Shown: in pieces, positions 1 to 9,297 of the stretch
How positions within the stretch are numbered: position 1 is the stretch's first letter
Layout: each line of letters opens with the position of its first letter
The notes under the pieces: generated by a model
What the model was told of the DNA's origin: nothing
Database searches by the model: none
The model's input: only the letters and a program-made list of their open reading frames with translations
Program-made: the position numbers and the translations under genes
Origin: a virus
Direction: 5' to 3' (one strand)
DNA: 64,000 nt
Virus record (IMG/VR): IMGVR_UViG_3300025410_000016
Location: 1 to 64,000 of that record

Positions 1-3000
1 GAGGGCGCGCAAGAACTGAACCCGGTCGACAAGACGCTCATGGAGCACATGTCGAATAAGGCACTGGTCGCCGCTCAAGCACCCGGCAGTGGACAGAAGG
101 TCTTCACTGGGAAGATCGAAGGCTTCGACTACCCGATCCGCATTGCCGCGCAGAACAAGTCCGACGCGAACTACATGATGGGGTTGCTGTCGGAGAAGTA
201 CTTCAACAACGGCAAGGTGTCGACGCTGTATCCGTCCAACGCCTCGAAGCAAAGTTTGGGTCTGCGCTACCAGTTGAAGCAGAAGGGGCTCAACATCAAC
301 GGCAACCCCAACGCTGTGCCGGCTGGCAACTCGGCTTCTGGGGGGACCTCGACCGACACCAGTACCCAGAGCACCAGTGAGTACACCAAGCCAAGTGAGG
401 TGACCAACGACCTGCTCGCTGGCCGCATGTCGGATGCGACCTTGCAGGCTGCCAAGAACGGTGCGAACGGTCTGCAGGTGTACGCCTCGACGGTTGGGTA
501 CTTCAAGCACCCGCTGTACATCGCTGCGTCGAGTGCCAATGAGGCCAACCTCATGCTCGGCGTGTTGGGGCAGAAGTACCTAGGGGGCAAGACGCCCGCT
601 GACGCTGTGCCGGCGCTGACGCACACGGTCAACGGCGACAGCACGAAGGAGCACTTGGCGTCCCAAGGTCTCCAAATCTACGGCTACCCCAAGGGATCCG
701 ACTTCAGCGACACCCCTGCGCCCAAGGTCAGTGAAAGTGAGAAAAAGCAGCAGGAGCACGCCGCGCACATTGCTTCGATGCCTCCGGTCTCCATCGAGGG
801 CGGCAAGATCGCTTCTTGGCAGACCTCCTCAACTTCGCAATCTCATTCTCAGGTGGACAAGGACAAGACCACTGCCTACCAGTGGCAGGCCCAACATTGT
901 TCTGGCGTGATCGTTAGCAGTTACGGGAGCAGTTACGAGAACAAGGAGAAGGGGAACTTCACCAGCGACGAGCGCGCTGCGGTGGTGAAGTACACCGGCT
1001 CTTGGTACGACACTGTCAATGGCAAGTTGCGCTCTGGTGGAAAGATCACCGACAACAACCAGACGATGAACACTGCTCGGGAACTGCAGAACGCCATCGA
1101 CAAGAGCACCATCGACCAGCCGGTGACGGTGTTCCGTGGGAGTAAGGATGACTTCGCTCAAATCGTGAAGAGCCTGCAGCCCGGCGAGATCTTCCGAGAC
1201 AGCGGGTTCGTCTCTACCTCGATGCGCTATGAGACTGCGAAGGGGTTCTCTGGTGGCGGAAGTGGAGTCGTTGTCGCCATCTCCATGCCAGAAAAGTCCC
1301 GCGCACTTACGGCTGCCGGCTCAGAGACCGAGATGATCCTGAGTGCCCGGTCGCAGTTCCGTCTCGATGGCACGAGCACGATCAACGGCAACATGGTCTA
1401 CAACGTGACCTACCTCGGTGCTGACCCGACCGACAGTGGGATCATTCGCAAGGGTGCTCGGGTTCGGGGCGGGAAGAGCGACAAGTTCGTTTGGGGCGCT
1501 GACGACATCGAGATCATTACCCCATCGACTGAACTCGACAAGGCACTTGTCATCTTGGGCCGGTTCGTGGACAACCTGGCGAAGGGGTTCAACCCTGACG
1601 AACCCCGTGGCCCTGATGGTCGATGGGGGTCTGGCGGCACCGCTGAAGACAAGTTCGTGTACCCGAAGGGATCCGACTTCAGCGACCAACACTTGCTCGA
1701 CGCCACCTCCCCGCACGCCATCTCCTCTGCGACGCACGAGAAGGGCAACCGGGTCTTCCAGATCACCTACAAGGACGGGCAGAGCGTCAAGATCGTGGCG
1801 GAGTCCTACCACCACGCGAACGCTATGGGTCGCCAGTACGGCAAGCGCTTCTTAGGTGGGGCAACGGTTGGTGGTTGTACGTGGCTCGATCCATCCAAGG
1901 GTCCAATCGACGGCACGACCAAGCCCGAGCCTGCACCAAAGCCTGAGCCGGAGCAGAAGCCCGAGCCGAAGGTCGAAGGATCGAAGATTCCCGACCAACT
2001 GCAGCGCACCTACGACGAGCACCAGGCCCGCTACGACGCCGTCATGTCCAAGACTGAAGGGATGAAGACTCGGATCTCCGAACTGCAGGAGCAGCAGTAC
2101 ACGGGATCGCCCGAAGAGCGTGCTGCGGTCAAGGCAGAGATCGAGAGTCTGCGTGGTCAGGTGAAGGAGGCCGGCAAGGAAGGGCTCGCCATCTCCCGCT
2201 CCCTCGGCGCTGCAGTGACCGATCACGTCGAGCAGGTGTACAACTCCACCAAGCCCGCTGGCGAGGCCCCGAGCACCAAGGAAGCAACGGCTGCATATGA
2301 GGCTGCAGTCGGCGCTGCCAAGGAAGCCAACATGGGTGAGCGCTACACGCAGATGGTGAAGGAGATTGGCACTCAGCGCGCCGCCGCTGCCGCCCCGGTC
2401 ATCCAGCGTGCACTAATCGAAGGCGGGGTCGCACCAGAGGTCGCTGCTCGGGTCACGGTCGAGAACGCTGGCCGGCCGTTCCAGTTCGGTCTACAGAACT
2501 CCACGAGCATGGGCTTGTCCTTGGCCACTCCGTCCTTCCAGAGCAACGACCGCATCTCCATGACTGAGCAGGGCTTCTCCATCGGGGAGTACCCGTCGAC
2601 TCGCATCAACGTGAGTGACATGAGCCCCGAGACCAAGGCCGCACTCGCTGGGGTTGGGCTCTTGCAGGGCGACAAGTTGGACGTGACGACGAACGCTGCA
2701 CTGATGAACGAGACCACCGGACAGTGGAACAGCGTCATTGGTAGATACCGAGGCCCAAGCCCGAGCGAACTCCCCTCGAACGAGCAGGCCATCTCGACGT
2801 TGGTGGCGAACGGGATCTCCCATGACGTTGCTACGTCGTTCGTGAACGACAGCGCCACCCACCGCGATGCGTGCGTGAGCACTCGGACCGCACTCGATGG
2901 AGCCAAGACTGCGGTGAACGAGTACAACCAGGCCGCCCAGGTCGCGTACCACGACGCTCTATGGGGCACCATTGGTGCGATGCGTCCCCTTGGTGGGGAA

Positions 3001-3597
3001 CTGCAGACCGGGTCCTTCTCGGTTCAAGGCTTCGGCAAGACTGCTCAGGGCAAGGCGGACGCTGCTGCGTTCAAGGCTGCGGTCATGGGTGACGTGACCG
3101 CACACCTCCCCTCAGATTGGATCAACCGCACCAACTCCACAAAGAGCAGTCCGAACATTGAGTTCCGTAGCAAGGGTGGTGGGGGGTACTACCAAGAGCA
3201 TGGGGACAAGTTGGTGGTCAAGGGTGTTGGCCCGAGTTCACTTCGAGAGACGCAGTCCATCACCCTGCACGAGTTCGGTCACCGCATGCAGAACACCATT
3301 CCCGGTTTGTCCACCGTGGAAAACGCCTTCTTGAATGACCGTTGTCCGAATGGTCTCATGAAGTCCTTGGGGGCGGGTAGTGGCAAGGGTGACCCCGACA
3401 ACTTCACCCGTGCATACACCGGGCGCCGCGACTACGGTGGGAACTTCACTGAGGTTGTCACCACTGGTCTGCAAGGCATGAAGGAAACCCCGGTCTCGAC
3501 GGCGAGTTCATGGTCGAACACGCTGAAAGGTGACCCTGACTTCCAACACATGATGACCGGCGTGCTCTTGCTCGTTGGGAAAGGATCACAAGGCTGA
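1..3597 (+). CDS. Large head-associated multidomain protein: VIP2-like ADP-ribosyltransferase domain plus C-terminal HExxH metallopeptidase-like domain (probably 5'-partial)
   Basis: Frame is open from base 1. ART R-S-E motifs: VFRG (~1129-1140), FVSTS (~1207-1221), ETEMIL (~1324), preceded by YTG..Y..VNG.LR. PRGPDGRW motif ~1603; HEFGH at 3268-3282. Lies directly upstream of the MuF gene. Confidence 0.75.
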   Translation, partial: EGAQELNPVDKTLMEHMSNKALVAAQAPGSGQKVFTGKIEGFDYPIRIAAQNKSDANYMMGLLSEKYFNNGKVSTLYPSNASKQSLGLRYQLKQKGLNINGNPNAVPAGNSASGGTSTDTSTQSTSEYTKPSEVTNDLLAGRMSDATLQAAKNGANGLQVYASTVGYFKHPLYIAASSANEANLMLGVLGQKYLGGKTPADAVPALTHTVNGDSTKEHLASQGLQIYGYPKGSDFSDTPAPKVSESEKKQQEHAAHIASMPPVSIEGGKIASWQTSSTSQSHSQVDKDKTTAYQWQAQHCSGVIVSSYGSSYENKEKGNFTSDERAAVVKYTGSWYDTVNGKLRSGGKITDNNQTMNTARELQNAIDKSTIDQPVTVFRGSKDDFAQIVKSLQPGEIFRDSGFVSTSMRYETAKGFSGGGSGVVVAISMPEKSRALTAAGSETEMILSARSQFRLDGTSTINGNMVYNVTYLGADPTDSGIIRKGARVRGGKSDKFVWGADDIEIITPSTELDKALVILGRFVDNLAKGFNPDEPRGPDGRWGSGGTAEDKFVYPKGSDFSDQHLLDATSPHAISSATHEKGNRVFQITYKDGQSVKIVAESYHHANAMGRQYGKRFLGGATVGGCTWLDPSKGPIDGTTKPEPAPKPEPEQKPEPKVEGSKIPDQLQRTYDEHQARYDAVMSKTEGMKTRISELQEQQYTGSPEERAAVKAEIESLRGQVKEAGKEGLAISRSLGAAVTDHVEQVYNSTKPAGEAPSTKEATAAYEAAVGAAKEANMGERYTQMVKEIGTQRAAAAAPVIQRALIEGGVAPEVAARVTVENAGRPFQFGLQNSTSMGLSLATPSFQSNDRISMTEQGFSIGEYPSTRINVSDMSPETKAALAGVGLLQGDKLDVTTNAALMNETTGQWNSVIGRYRGPSPSELPSNEQAISTLVANGISHDVATSFVNDSATHRDACVSTRTALDGAKTAVNEYNQAAQVAYHDALWGTIGAMRPLGGELQTGSFSVQGFGKTAQGKADAAAFKAAVMGDVTAHLPSDWINRTNSTKSSPNIEFRSKGGGGYYQEHGDKLVVKGVGPSSLRETQSITLHEFGHRMQNTIPGLSTVENAFLNDRCPNGLMKSLGAGSGKGDPDNFTRAYTGRRDYGGNFTEVVTTGLQGMKETPVSTASSWSNTLKGDPDFQHMMTGVLLLVGKGSQG

Positions 3598-4868
3598 TGG
3601 ATCAATCTCTCCTGTGGCAGATGACCGCCTCGAAGGGTGACGAAACGATTGGCGTAGGGTTCACCTTTGACGGGGAACTCGTCTGCACTGATGCCAAGTT
3701 GCTCAAGGCGATGAATGACTACATCGACTCTGGCGAGATGGTGGCGGGGGTTGGCACTGTGCCTCCCATCCCAAACCTTGAGGTCGACCCCACTGACCCT
3801 GCGTCGATGGCCGGCGTGGCAAGTACCGTCATGGCCCAACTCCATCCCGATATGGACAGTATGCGCTTTTATGGAGACAGTTGGCTCGACCCTGACTACG
3901 ACCCCGACACTCCAATGGACGGTCCTGATTCTTTTGACCTGCACGCAGTAGTTGGAGATCCCGAGGATTCTCCGTACATCGTGAAGTCGCTGTTCAAAGC
4001 CAAGCCTCGTGCGGTGAAGTGGGCCGATCATCCAGTTCACGCATTGCACGACAGCATCGTGAATCACTACGCCCCGCTCATTCGCAAAGCCATGTCGAAG
4101 TCCGCTACCGGGATCACCGCTGCGGTGGCTGGTGCGAAGGCTCGTGCATCAGTGGAGAAGGAACTCGCCAAGGCCACTCCCGCAAACGCCGCACTCTCGG
4201 CTATTGCCAAGCAAGCCATTGCGGATCATATGAGCCTAAGTACTGAGCAGGTGTCTACTTTGCTCGCTTCTATGATTGGAGACACAGCCGTGTCGGGGTC
4301 AATGCTTGCTGCAGAAGCGATTGGCCCGGCTGCACAAATGGCTGAAGGTCTTCCAGATGTTGATTGGTCGAATTGGGAGCCGGGTTGGGCACAAGCCCAA
4401 GACCTAACGCAGTATGGCGGGCTTCAAGACATGCTCGACCAAGCCGGGATTTCCATCCAAGGCATTGACGACACGACCCTCGCTGGTCTTGAGCAAACAC
4501 TCGCTACCGGTCTTGGTAACGGTGACTCGGTGACGAGCATCGCCCAAGACATGAATGACTACCTCGACGACCCCGCCCGGTCGCTCTTGATCGCTGAAAC
4601 CGAGACGGCTCGTGCGATGAGCGCTACCACTGAGGACACCTACGACGCCAACGGGATTGGTCAATGGGAGTGGATGTCCGAAGAGGACGACCGCACTTGT
4701 GAAGACTGCCTCGACAAAGAAGGCGAAACCTACGACGTGGGCGGTGACGACCCGCTCCCTCCCCTGCACCCAAGATGTCGCTGCGTCATGCTCCCGGTCA
4801 TCGAGACGGATCAGTCCGACCAGAGTGACCAGTCCGACCAGAGCGACAACAGCGACCAAGGAGAGTAA
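3597..4868 (+). CDS. Phage head morphogenesis protein (MuF / SPP1 gp7 family)
   Basis: C-terminal RSLLIAETETARA...WEW...DDRTCEDC...PPLHPRCRCVMLP signature; TGATG overlap with the upstream gene. Confidence 0.85.
   Translation: MDQSLLWQMTASKGDETIGVGFTFDGELVCTDAKLLKAMNDYIDSGEMVAGVGTVPPIPNLEVDPTDPASMAGVASTVMAQLHPDMDSMRFYGDSWLDPDYDPDTPMDGPDSFDLHAVVGDPEDSPYIVKSLFKAKPRAVKWADHPVHALHDSIVNHYAPLIRKAMSKSATGITAAVAGAKARASVEKELAKATPANAALSAIAKQAIADHMSLSTEQVSTLLASMIGDTAVSGSMLAAEAIGPAAQMAEGLPDVDWSNWEPGWAQAQDLTQYGGLQDMLDQAGISIQGIDDTTLAGLEQTLATGLGNGDSVTSIAQDMNDYLDDPARSLLIAETETARAMSATTEDTYDANGIGQWEWMSEEDDRTCEDCLDKEGETYDVGGDDPLPPLHPRCRCVMLPVIETDQSDQSDQSDQSDNSDQGE
4808..4860 (+). repeat. In-frame 9-bp tandem repeat encoding (DQS)n
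   Basis: gatcagtcc gaccagagt gaccagtcc gaccagagc gacaacagc gaccaa at the end of the MuF gene. Confidence 0.85.
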
Positions 4869-5383
4869 TGGCTCGCATCGACAAGACGTTCCAGATCACC
4901 GTGACGGTAGAGACTGATGACGACACCGCTTCAAAGGCTGTCGACGATGAGTTGACTGCCGGCCTTGTCGTGAAGTCCAGCGATGAGCAGCGGTACACGC
5001 TCACCGTTGCCTATCCAGCCAACAAGCCCGACGTTGCAATCGCCCAAGACGGCTTCCGTGATTTTGCTTCTTCCGAGGCAGTCGAGAAGGCTGCTTGGAC
5101 CTACCTGCGGAAGTCTCCGAGCGTCGGTCTCTACCACGCTGACGGTACGGATGGATCGGGCGAGGTGTGCGAGTCGTACATCTACCGCGGTCCTGACTGG
5201 TCAGTTGCGGCTGCAGATGGCTCACAGCAGGTGATCAAGGCCGGCGACTGGCTTCTTGGGATCATCTGGGACGAGCAGACGTGGCCGCTCATCAAGAGCG
5301 GGAAGATCGGTGGGGTCTCCCCACAAGGACGAGCAAAGCGACGCATGCCCGACGCGGCTGCGGTCGCCAACCTGAGGGGTTAG
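4868..5383 (+). CDS. XkdF-like putative prohead serine protease
   Basis: EQRY...AYP..PD..QD..ASSEAVEKAAW.Y...GLYH...VCESYI...GDWLLGI.W....W..IKSGKIGGVS.QG pattern; position between MuF and scaffold. Confidence 0.75.
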   Translation: MARIDKTFQITVTVETDDDTASKAVDDELTAGLVVKSSDEQRYTLTVAYPANKPDVAIAQDGFRDFASSEAVEKAAWTYLRKSPSVGLYHADGTDGSGEVCESYIYRGPDWSVAAADGSQQVIKAGDWLLGIIWDEQTWPLIKSGKIGGVSPQGRAKRRMPDAAAVANLRG

Positions 5384-5385
5384 CA

Positions 5386-7110
5386 ATGGCTGATGAAGTA
5401 ACCATCACTGAACTGACCGACTTCGAGCCTACTCGGGTGGACGGAGTTCGAGCAGGTGCCAATGGTTTTCCGCTTCTGCTGATCAAGTCCACTGAGCGCC
5501 CAGAGTGCAGTCAGTGTGAGGGATCCGGGAAGATCCGAGACGGTCATCTGAAGTGCCCAAAGTGTCTCGGCTCTGGCAAGATGCCCAAGATTGGTGACAC
5601 CGAGAAGAGCATCGTTGAGGCGGGGGTTGCTCCTAGCGGCTCTGGCCCCACCCCTGCCGAGGACTGCCCGACGTGCAGTGGCTCAGGTCGGATCACCGAT
5701 GGCTCCATCGATGGGAAGGACTGCCCCGACTGCGGAGGCACTGGTGCTGACCAGGCTCGCACGAACCCTACGGAGTTAGGTGCGCGTAGCGGGTTTAGTG
5801 GTCAGATCACCGAGGGCGACCCGATGGGTCGAGAGAAGATCGACAAGGCCGACATGTCGGCTGCTGACGTGAACGATCTCCCCGACTCGGCGTTCGCTCA
5901 CATTGAGTCCGGCGGCAAGAAGGATGAAGAGGGCAAGACCACTCCCCGCTCTCTGCGGCACTTCCCCATCCACGACGCCGCTCACGTTCGCAACGCTCTT
6001 TCTCGTGCGTCACAGTCTCCTCATGGTGAAGTCGCAATGCCGAAGATCAAGGCTGCGGCGGAGAAGTTCGGCATCGCTGCAAAGGCCGACCCCACTCCAA
6101 CCATTGAAGACATCACTCCCGGCTCTCCTGCGTGGGAAGCCAAGGACGCCGAAACCGCCACCGCTGCTGCTACTGCACTGATGAGCGCTGCTGAACTGAT
6201 GCGTCAGTTCGGACAGCGTGAGTCCGCTGAAGTTGCTGCGGGAATGGGTAATGACATCTACGACACCGGCTCAGCCAACGCTGCGCTGACCTACATCAGC
6301 CAGGCTCTTGCTGTCGTGGCCCAACTTGCGTTCCATGAAGACATGGAATCCAAGAAGGGTGACGACGACATGGAGAAGGCCGGTCGTCGGCTCTCAGGGA
6401 AGACGGTCGCTGCACTCGCAACGGTCCGTGATCACCTGAACAATGTGCTGGGCGATGACGATCCAGCCAGTAAGAAAGATGATGAAGTCGACGGCGACTC
6501 CGCCGCCGACAAGTTCATCGAAAGCGCCACCAAGGCGACCACCACCACAGGAAAGGATGTGCTCGACATGGACGAGCAGGACCTGACGCGCATTGTCGCC
6601 GAGACCGTTGCCGCTACCATTGCGGCTTCTGACGCGGCCAAGGGCAAGGCGCTCGATGACGAGAAGGCTTCCGTCGCTTCGGCGAAGGATGAACACGCTG
6701 ACTCCAACGCCAAGGATCCCAAGGCTGAGGACGAGGACTTGGAAGACGAGGCGGATCACGAAGACGACGACCCCGGTAGCACCGATGCGGCCAAGGCTGC
6801 TGACGAGGCTCCGGTGTCCAAGGCACTCGAAGATGCACTCACGAAGGCTGTTGAGCAGGGCGAGTCCCTGAAGGCAGCGGTTGAGGCTCTGCGCGAGGAA
6901 GTCGAGGCAATCAAGCAGATTGCCGCTCCGAGTGACATCGTGCGGACCCGTCCGCAGGACGCCGTGACCAAGAGCGAGGTGCGTGACCGGACCGAGATCG
7001 AAATCGCTCGGTACGAAGACCTCGCACGCAACACCCCCGACGCTGACCTCCGTAAGGGCTACATCGAGAAGGCCAAGAGCCTCCGAAGTGCCGTTTCGGT
7101 TTCGGCCTAA
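5386..7110 (+). CDS. Capsid scaffolding-like protein with four DnaJ-type CxxCxGxG motifs
   Basis: CSQCEGSG, CPKCLGSG, CPTCSGSG, CPDCGGTG; DLPDSAFA...RHFPIHDAAHVRNAL motif; acidic, coiled-coil C-terminal half; directly upstream of the capsid gene. ATG 5386 follows the upstream stop. Confidence 0.65.
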   Translation: MADEVTITELTDFEPTRVDGVRAGANGFPLLLIKSTERPECSQCEGSGKIRDGHLKCPKCLGSGKMPKIGDTEKSIVEAGVAPSGSGPTPAEDCPTCSGSGRITDGSIDGKDCPDCGGTGADQARTNPTELGARSGFSGQITEGDPMGREKIDKADMSAADVNDLPDSAFAHIESGGKKDEEGKTTPRSLRHFPIHDAAHVRNALSRASQSPHGEVAMPKIKAAAEKFGIAAKADPTPTIEDITPGSPAWEAKDAETATAAATALMSAAELMRQFGQRESAEVAAGMGNDIYDTGSANAALTYISQALAVVAQLAFHEDMESKKGDDDMEKAGRRLSGKTVAALATVRDHLNNVLGDDDPASKKDDEVDGDSAADKFIESATKATTTTGKDVLDMDEQDLTRIVAETVAATIAASDAAKGKALDDEKASVASAKDEHADSNAKDPKAEDEDLEDEADHEDDDPGSTDAAKAADEAPVSKALEDALTKAVEQGESLKAAVEALREEVEAIKQIAAPSDIVRTRPQDAVTKSEVRDRTEIEIARYEDLARNTPDADLRKGYIEKAKSLRSAVSVSA

Positions 7111-7131
7111 GCAGGAAAGGAACTACTGAAC

Positions 7132-8853
7132 ATGGCTTACGCCGTTCCGCCTGCGAAGAACCTCTTTGACGACGCCCAAAGCCCTCGGGAAATGGTCGAG
7201 CGTCGGGAGGAGTTCATCGCAGAGATGACCAAGTCGACCGTTGCTGGTCTGACGGGTGCCACCACGTTCGGGGCGAAGGACCCGAACATGCAGCACGCGC
7301 CAATCCCGGCGGTCGTCACTCCCCCGACCTCGCGTGGCGTGGTCGAGAAGGCTCTTGGTGACCTTGAGGTTGCCAAGTCCACGCTCGGCTCTGCTGCTTG
7401 GGAGTCGGTCTCTAAGGAGTGGACCCTCACCAACCCGCTGTCGACCGGTCTTCTTCCGTTCGACCTTGAGGCTCCGGCGAAGTTGCTGACCCCTCGTCCT
7501 ACCCCGCTGCGGAACTCGATTCCCCGCGTCAAGGGTCAGGGTGGGAGTCGCCGGTTCAAGGTGATTAGTGGCTTCACTGGCACCGGCACTGGTGGGCAGA
7601 CCACCATCCAGCCGGGCATCACTGAGTCGACCACGAACGCTGGCCCCGGTGGGCTTTCGTACGTGCGTGGCCCGTACATCTCGTACGCGGGTTACGACGT
7701 GACGTTGAACTACGTCACCACGTCGCTCAGTGACTCCGTGTCGTGGCAGGCCGAGTACCAGGGCCAGGGCTTCGAGGACGTTCGTTCGCTCTCGAACACT
7801 GCGCTGCTGTACGCGACCATGCTGCTCGACGAGCGCCTGATGATCTACGGGCGTGGGACCACGGGCAACGGCTATGCCGGCGCTCTGGGCACCCCCGCCA
7901 GCGTCACCCTCTCTGCGGTGAACGCTTCCGTGGCTCCCGGTGCGAAGTCGACGCTGACCTCGGGTTCCCCGTGGGTCATCGTGGCTGCGGACGCTGGTGA
8001 CCTGCTCGGCACCACCGGTACTCAGATGCACCAGGGTCCGACCACCGCTGCGGCTTCGGTTGCGGTGACCGCCGGCCAGGCCATCCAGGTCACGGTCGGC
8101 GTGGACGTTGCTGGCGCTCTCGGGTACAACCTGTACGTCGCCTCGGTCCTGGCTGGGCCGTACTACTACGCTGGCCGCACCGGCTACAACGTGGGGTACG
8201 TCACCAGTCAGCCGTCGACCGGTCCCGTCGCTACTGCGTCGCAGTCTGACCAGTCTGCGGTTGCGACCAACTACGACGGTCTGCTGACCAACACGGCGGC
8301 TTCGGGTGGTTACGTGGCTCGACTGAACGCTGCGTTCTCGACCACCAACCCCGGTACGGAGTTCCAGACGGCGTTCGGTGCGCTGTACGAGGCGGTCAAG
8401 GCTGACCCCGAGGAGATCTGGCTGAACGGTTTCGACCGTCTCCAGTTGTCCAACGCCATCGTCAACAACGCGTCGAACTCTGCCTACCGTGTGTTCATCC
8501 CGAACGAGTCGGGCATGGGCGGCGTTCGCGCCGGCACGGTGGTCCAGTCCCTCTTGAACGAGGTGACTGGTTCGGAGATCCCGCTGACGGTCCACCCGTG
8601 GTTCCCGCAGGGCAACGCTCTGGTTCGCCAGAAGACCCTCCCGATTCCTGACAGCAACGTGGCCGAGACCTCGGTCATGGTCATGCCTCAGGACTACGTG
8701 GCGGTACAGTGGCCGGTGACGCAGTTCACCTACGACGCCTCGACCTTCGAGATCGGGACGTTCTGCCACTACGCTCCGGGTTGGAACGGCATCATCCAGG
8801 GCATCCAGGGCACCGGTATCGGCACCCTGCCTCCGTCCTACAGCGACTCGTAG
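7132..8853 (+). CDS. Major capsid protein (573 aa, with a central beta-rich insertion)
   Basis: Position after protease and scaffold; FDLEAPAKLL.P..TPLRN.IPRV.G.G motif; strong codon bias; RBS aaagga. Confidence 0.8.
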   Translation: MAYAVPPAKNLFDDAQSPREMVERREEFIAEMTKSTVAGLTGATTFGAKDPNMQHAPIPAVVTPPTSRGVVEKALGDLEVAKSTLGSAAWESVSKEWTLTNPLSTGLLPFDLEAPAKLLTPRPTPLRNSIPRVKGQGGSRRFKVISGFTGTGTGGQTTIQPGITESTTNAGPGGLSYVRGPYISYAGYDVTLNYVTTSLSDSVSWQAEYQGQGFEDVRSLSNTALLYATMLLDERLMIYGRGTTGNGYAGALGTPASVTLSAVNASVAPGAKSTLTSGSPWVIVAADAGDLLGTTGTQMHQGPTTAAASVAVTAGQAIQVTVGVDVAGALGYNLYVASVLAGPYYYAGRTGYNVGYVTSQPSTGPVATASQSDQSAVATNYDGLLTNTAASGGYVARLNAAFSTTNPGTEFQTAFGALYEAVKADPEEIWLNGFDRLQLSNAIVNNASNSAYRVFIPNESGMGGVRAGTVVQSLLNEVTGSEIPLTVHPWFPQGNALVRQKTLPIPDSNVAETSVMVMPQDYVAVQWPVTQFTYDASTFEIGTFCHYAPGWNGIIQGIQGTGIGTLPPSYSDS

Positions 8854-8865
8854 TCGCTAGCAGTA

Positions 8866-8923
8866 CCAAGGCTCCCGCGATGGTTCTTCGTGCCGGTTCG
8901 ATTCCGGCAGCGGGAACTCTTGG
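8866..8923 (+). ncRNA. tRNA-like structure (acceptor stem plus T-arm, no D or anticodon arm)
   Basis: TGCCGG-TTCGATT-CCGGCA T-arm (8891-8909) enclosed by TCCCGC/GCGGGA and CCAAG/CTTGG stems. Confidence 0.55.
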
Positions 8924-8968
8924 GGCGCTCTGCGCTCCTTCCGTCCCTTCCGATCTGAGAGGTCTTAC

Positions 8969-9286
8969 ATGCCTGCAGGCACTCGCTCTGTCACAAATAA
9001 ACTCACGGCGAACACCGCTGACCTCGCCTACCTGACCGACCCCGGTTTTGGCGTTCGAGTTACCAACGTGGATGGCATCTCGCCAATTTGGTTTACCGTG
9101 TCTCACCCTGGCGGGTCGAACCCGGTCCCCACCGTTGGTGGGACGAACTGTTTCTGCGCTGCGTCAGTCGCCGGTAACTCGGTCGTCGTGCGTCACGCTG
9201 GACAATTTGGCAGCACTGTTCAACTCATCTCTGCTGGCACTCCTACCTACACGGTGGACGTGACCGGTCCAGAGATCAACGCCTAG
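8969..9286 (+). CDS. Small putative virion (capsid decoration) protein
   Basis: 105 aa beta-rich G/S/T/V protein right after the capsid gene; carries an ASV motif. Confidence 0.55.
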   Translation: MPAGTRSVTNKLTANTADLAYLTDPGFGVRVTNVDGISPIWFTVSHPGGSNPVPTVGGTNCFCAASVAGNSVVVRHAGQFGSTVQLISAGTPTYTVDVTGPEINA

Positions 9287-9297
9287 GAGAAAACAAC

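Noticed and set aside
1918-1975. KPEP and PKPKP (24621-24643) short repeats
   Set aside because: Ordinary proline-rich interdomain linkers.
7123-8769. 548-aa minus-strand ORF (also 35787-37010, 39342-40919 and similar)
   Set aside because: Antisense shadows of strongly codon-biased high-GC genes; no recognisable motifs.
8866-8923. Functional tRNA gene
   Set aside because: No room for D and anticodon arms and no CCA; kept only as a tRNA-like element.
8851-8958. Stop-codon readthrough extension of the capsid protein
   Set aside because: The frame after TAG closes at a TGA after ~34 codons with no recognisable domain and does not join the next gene.
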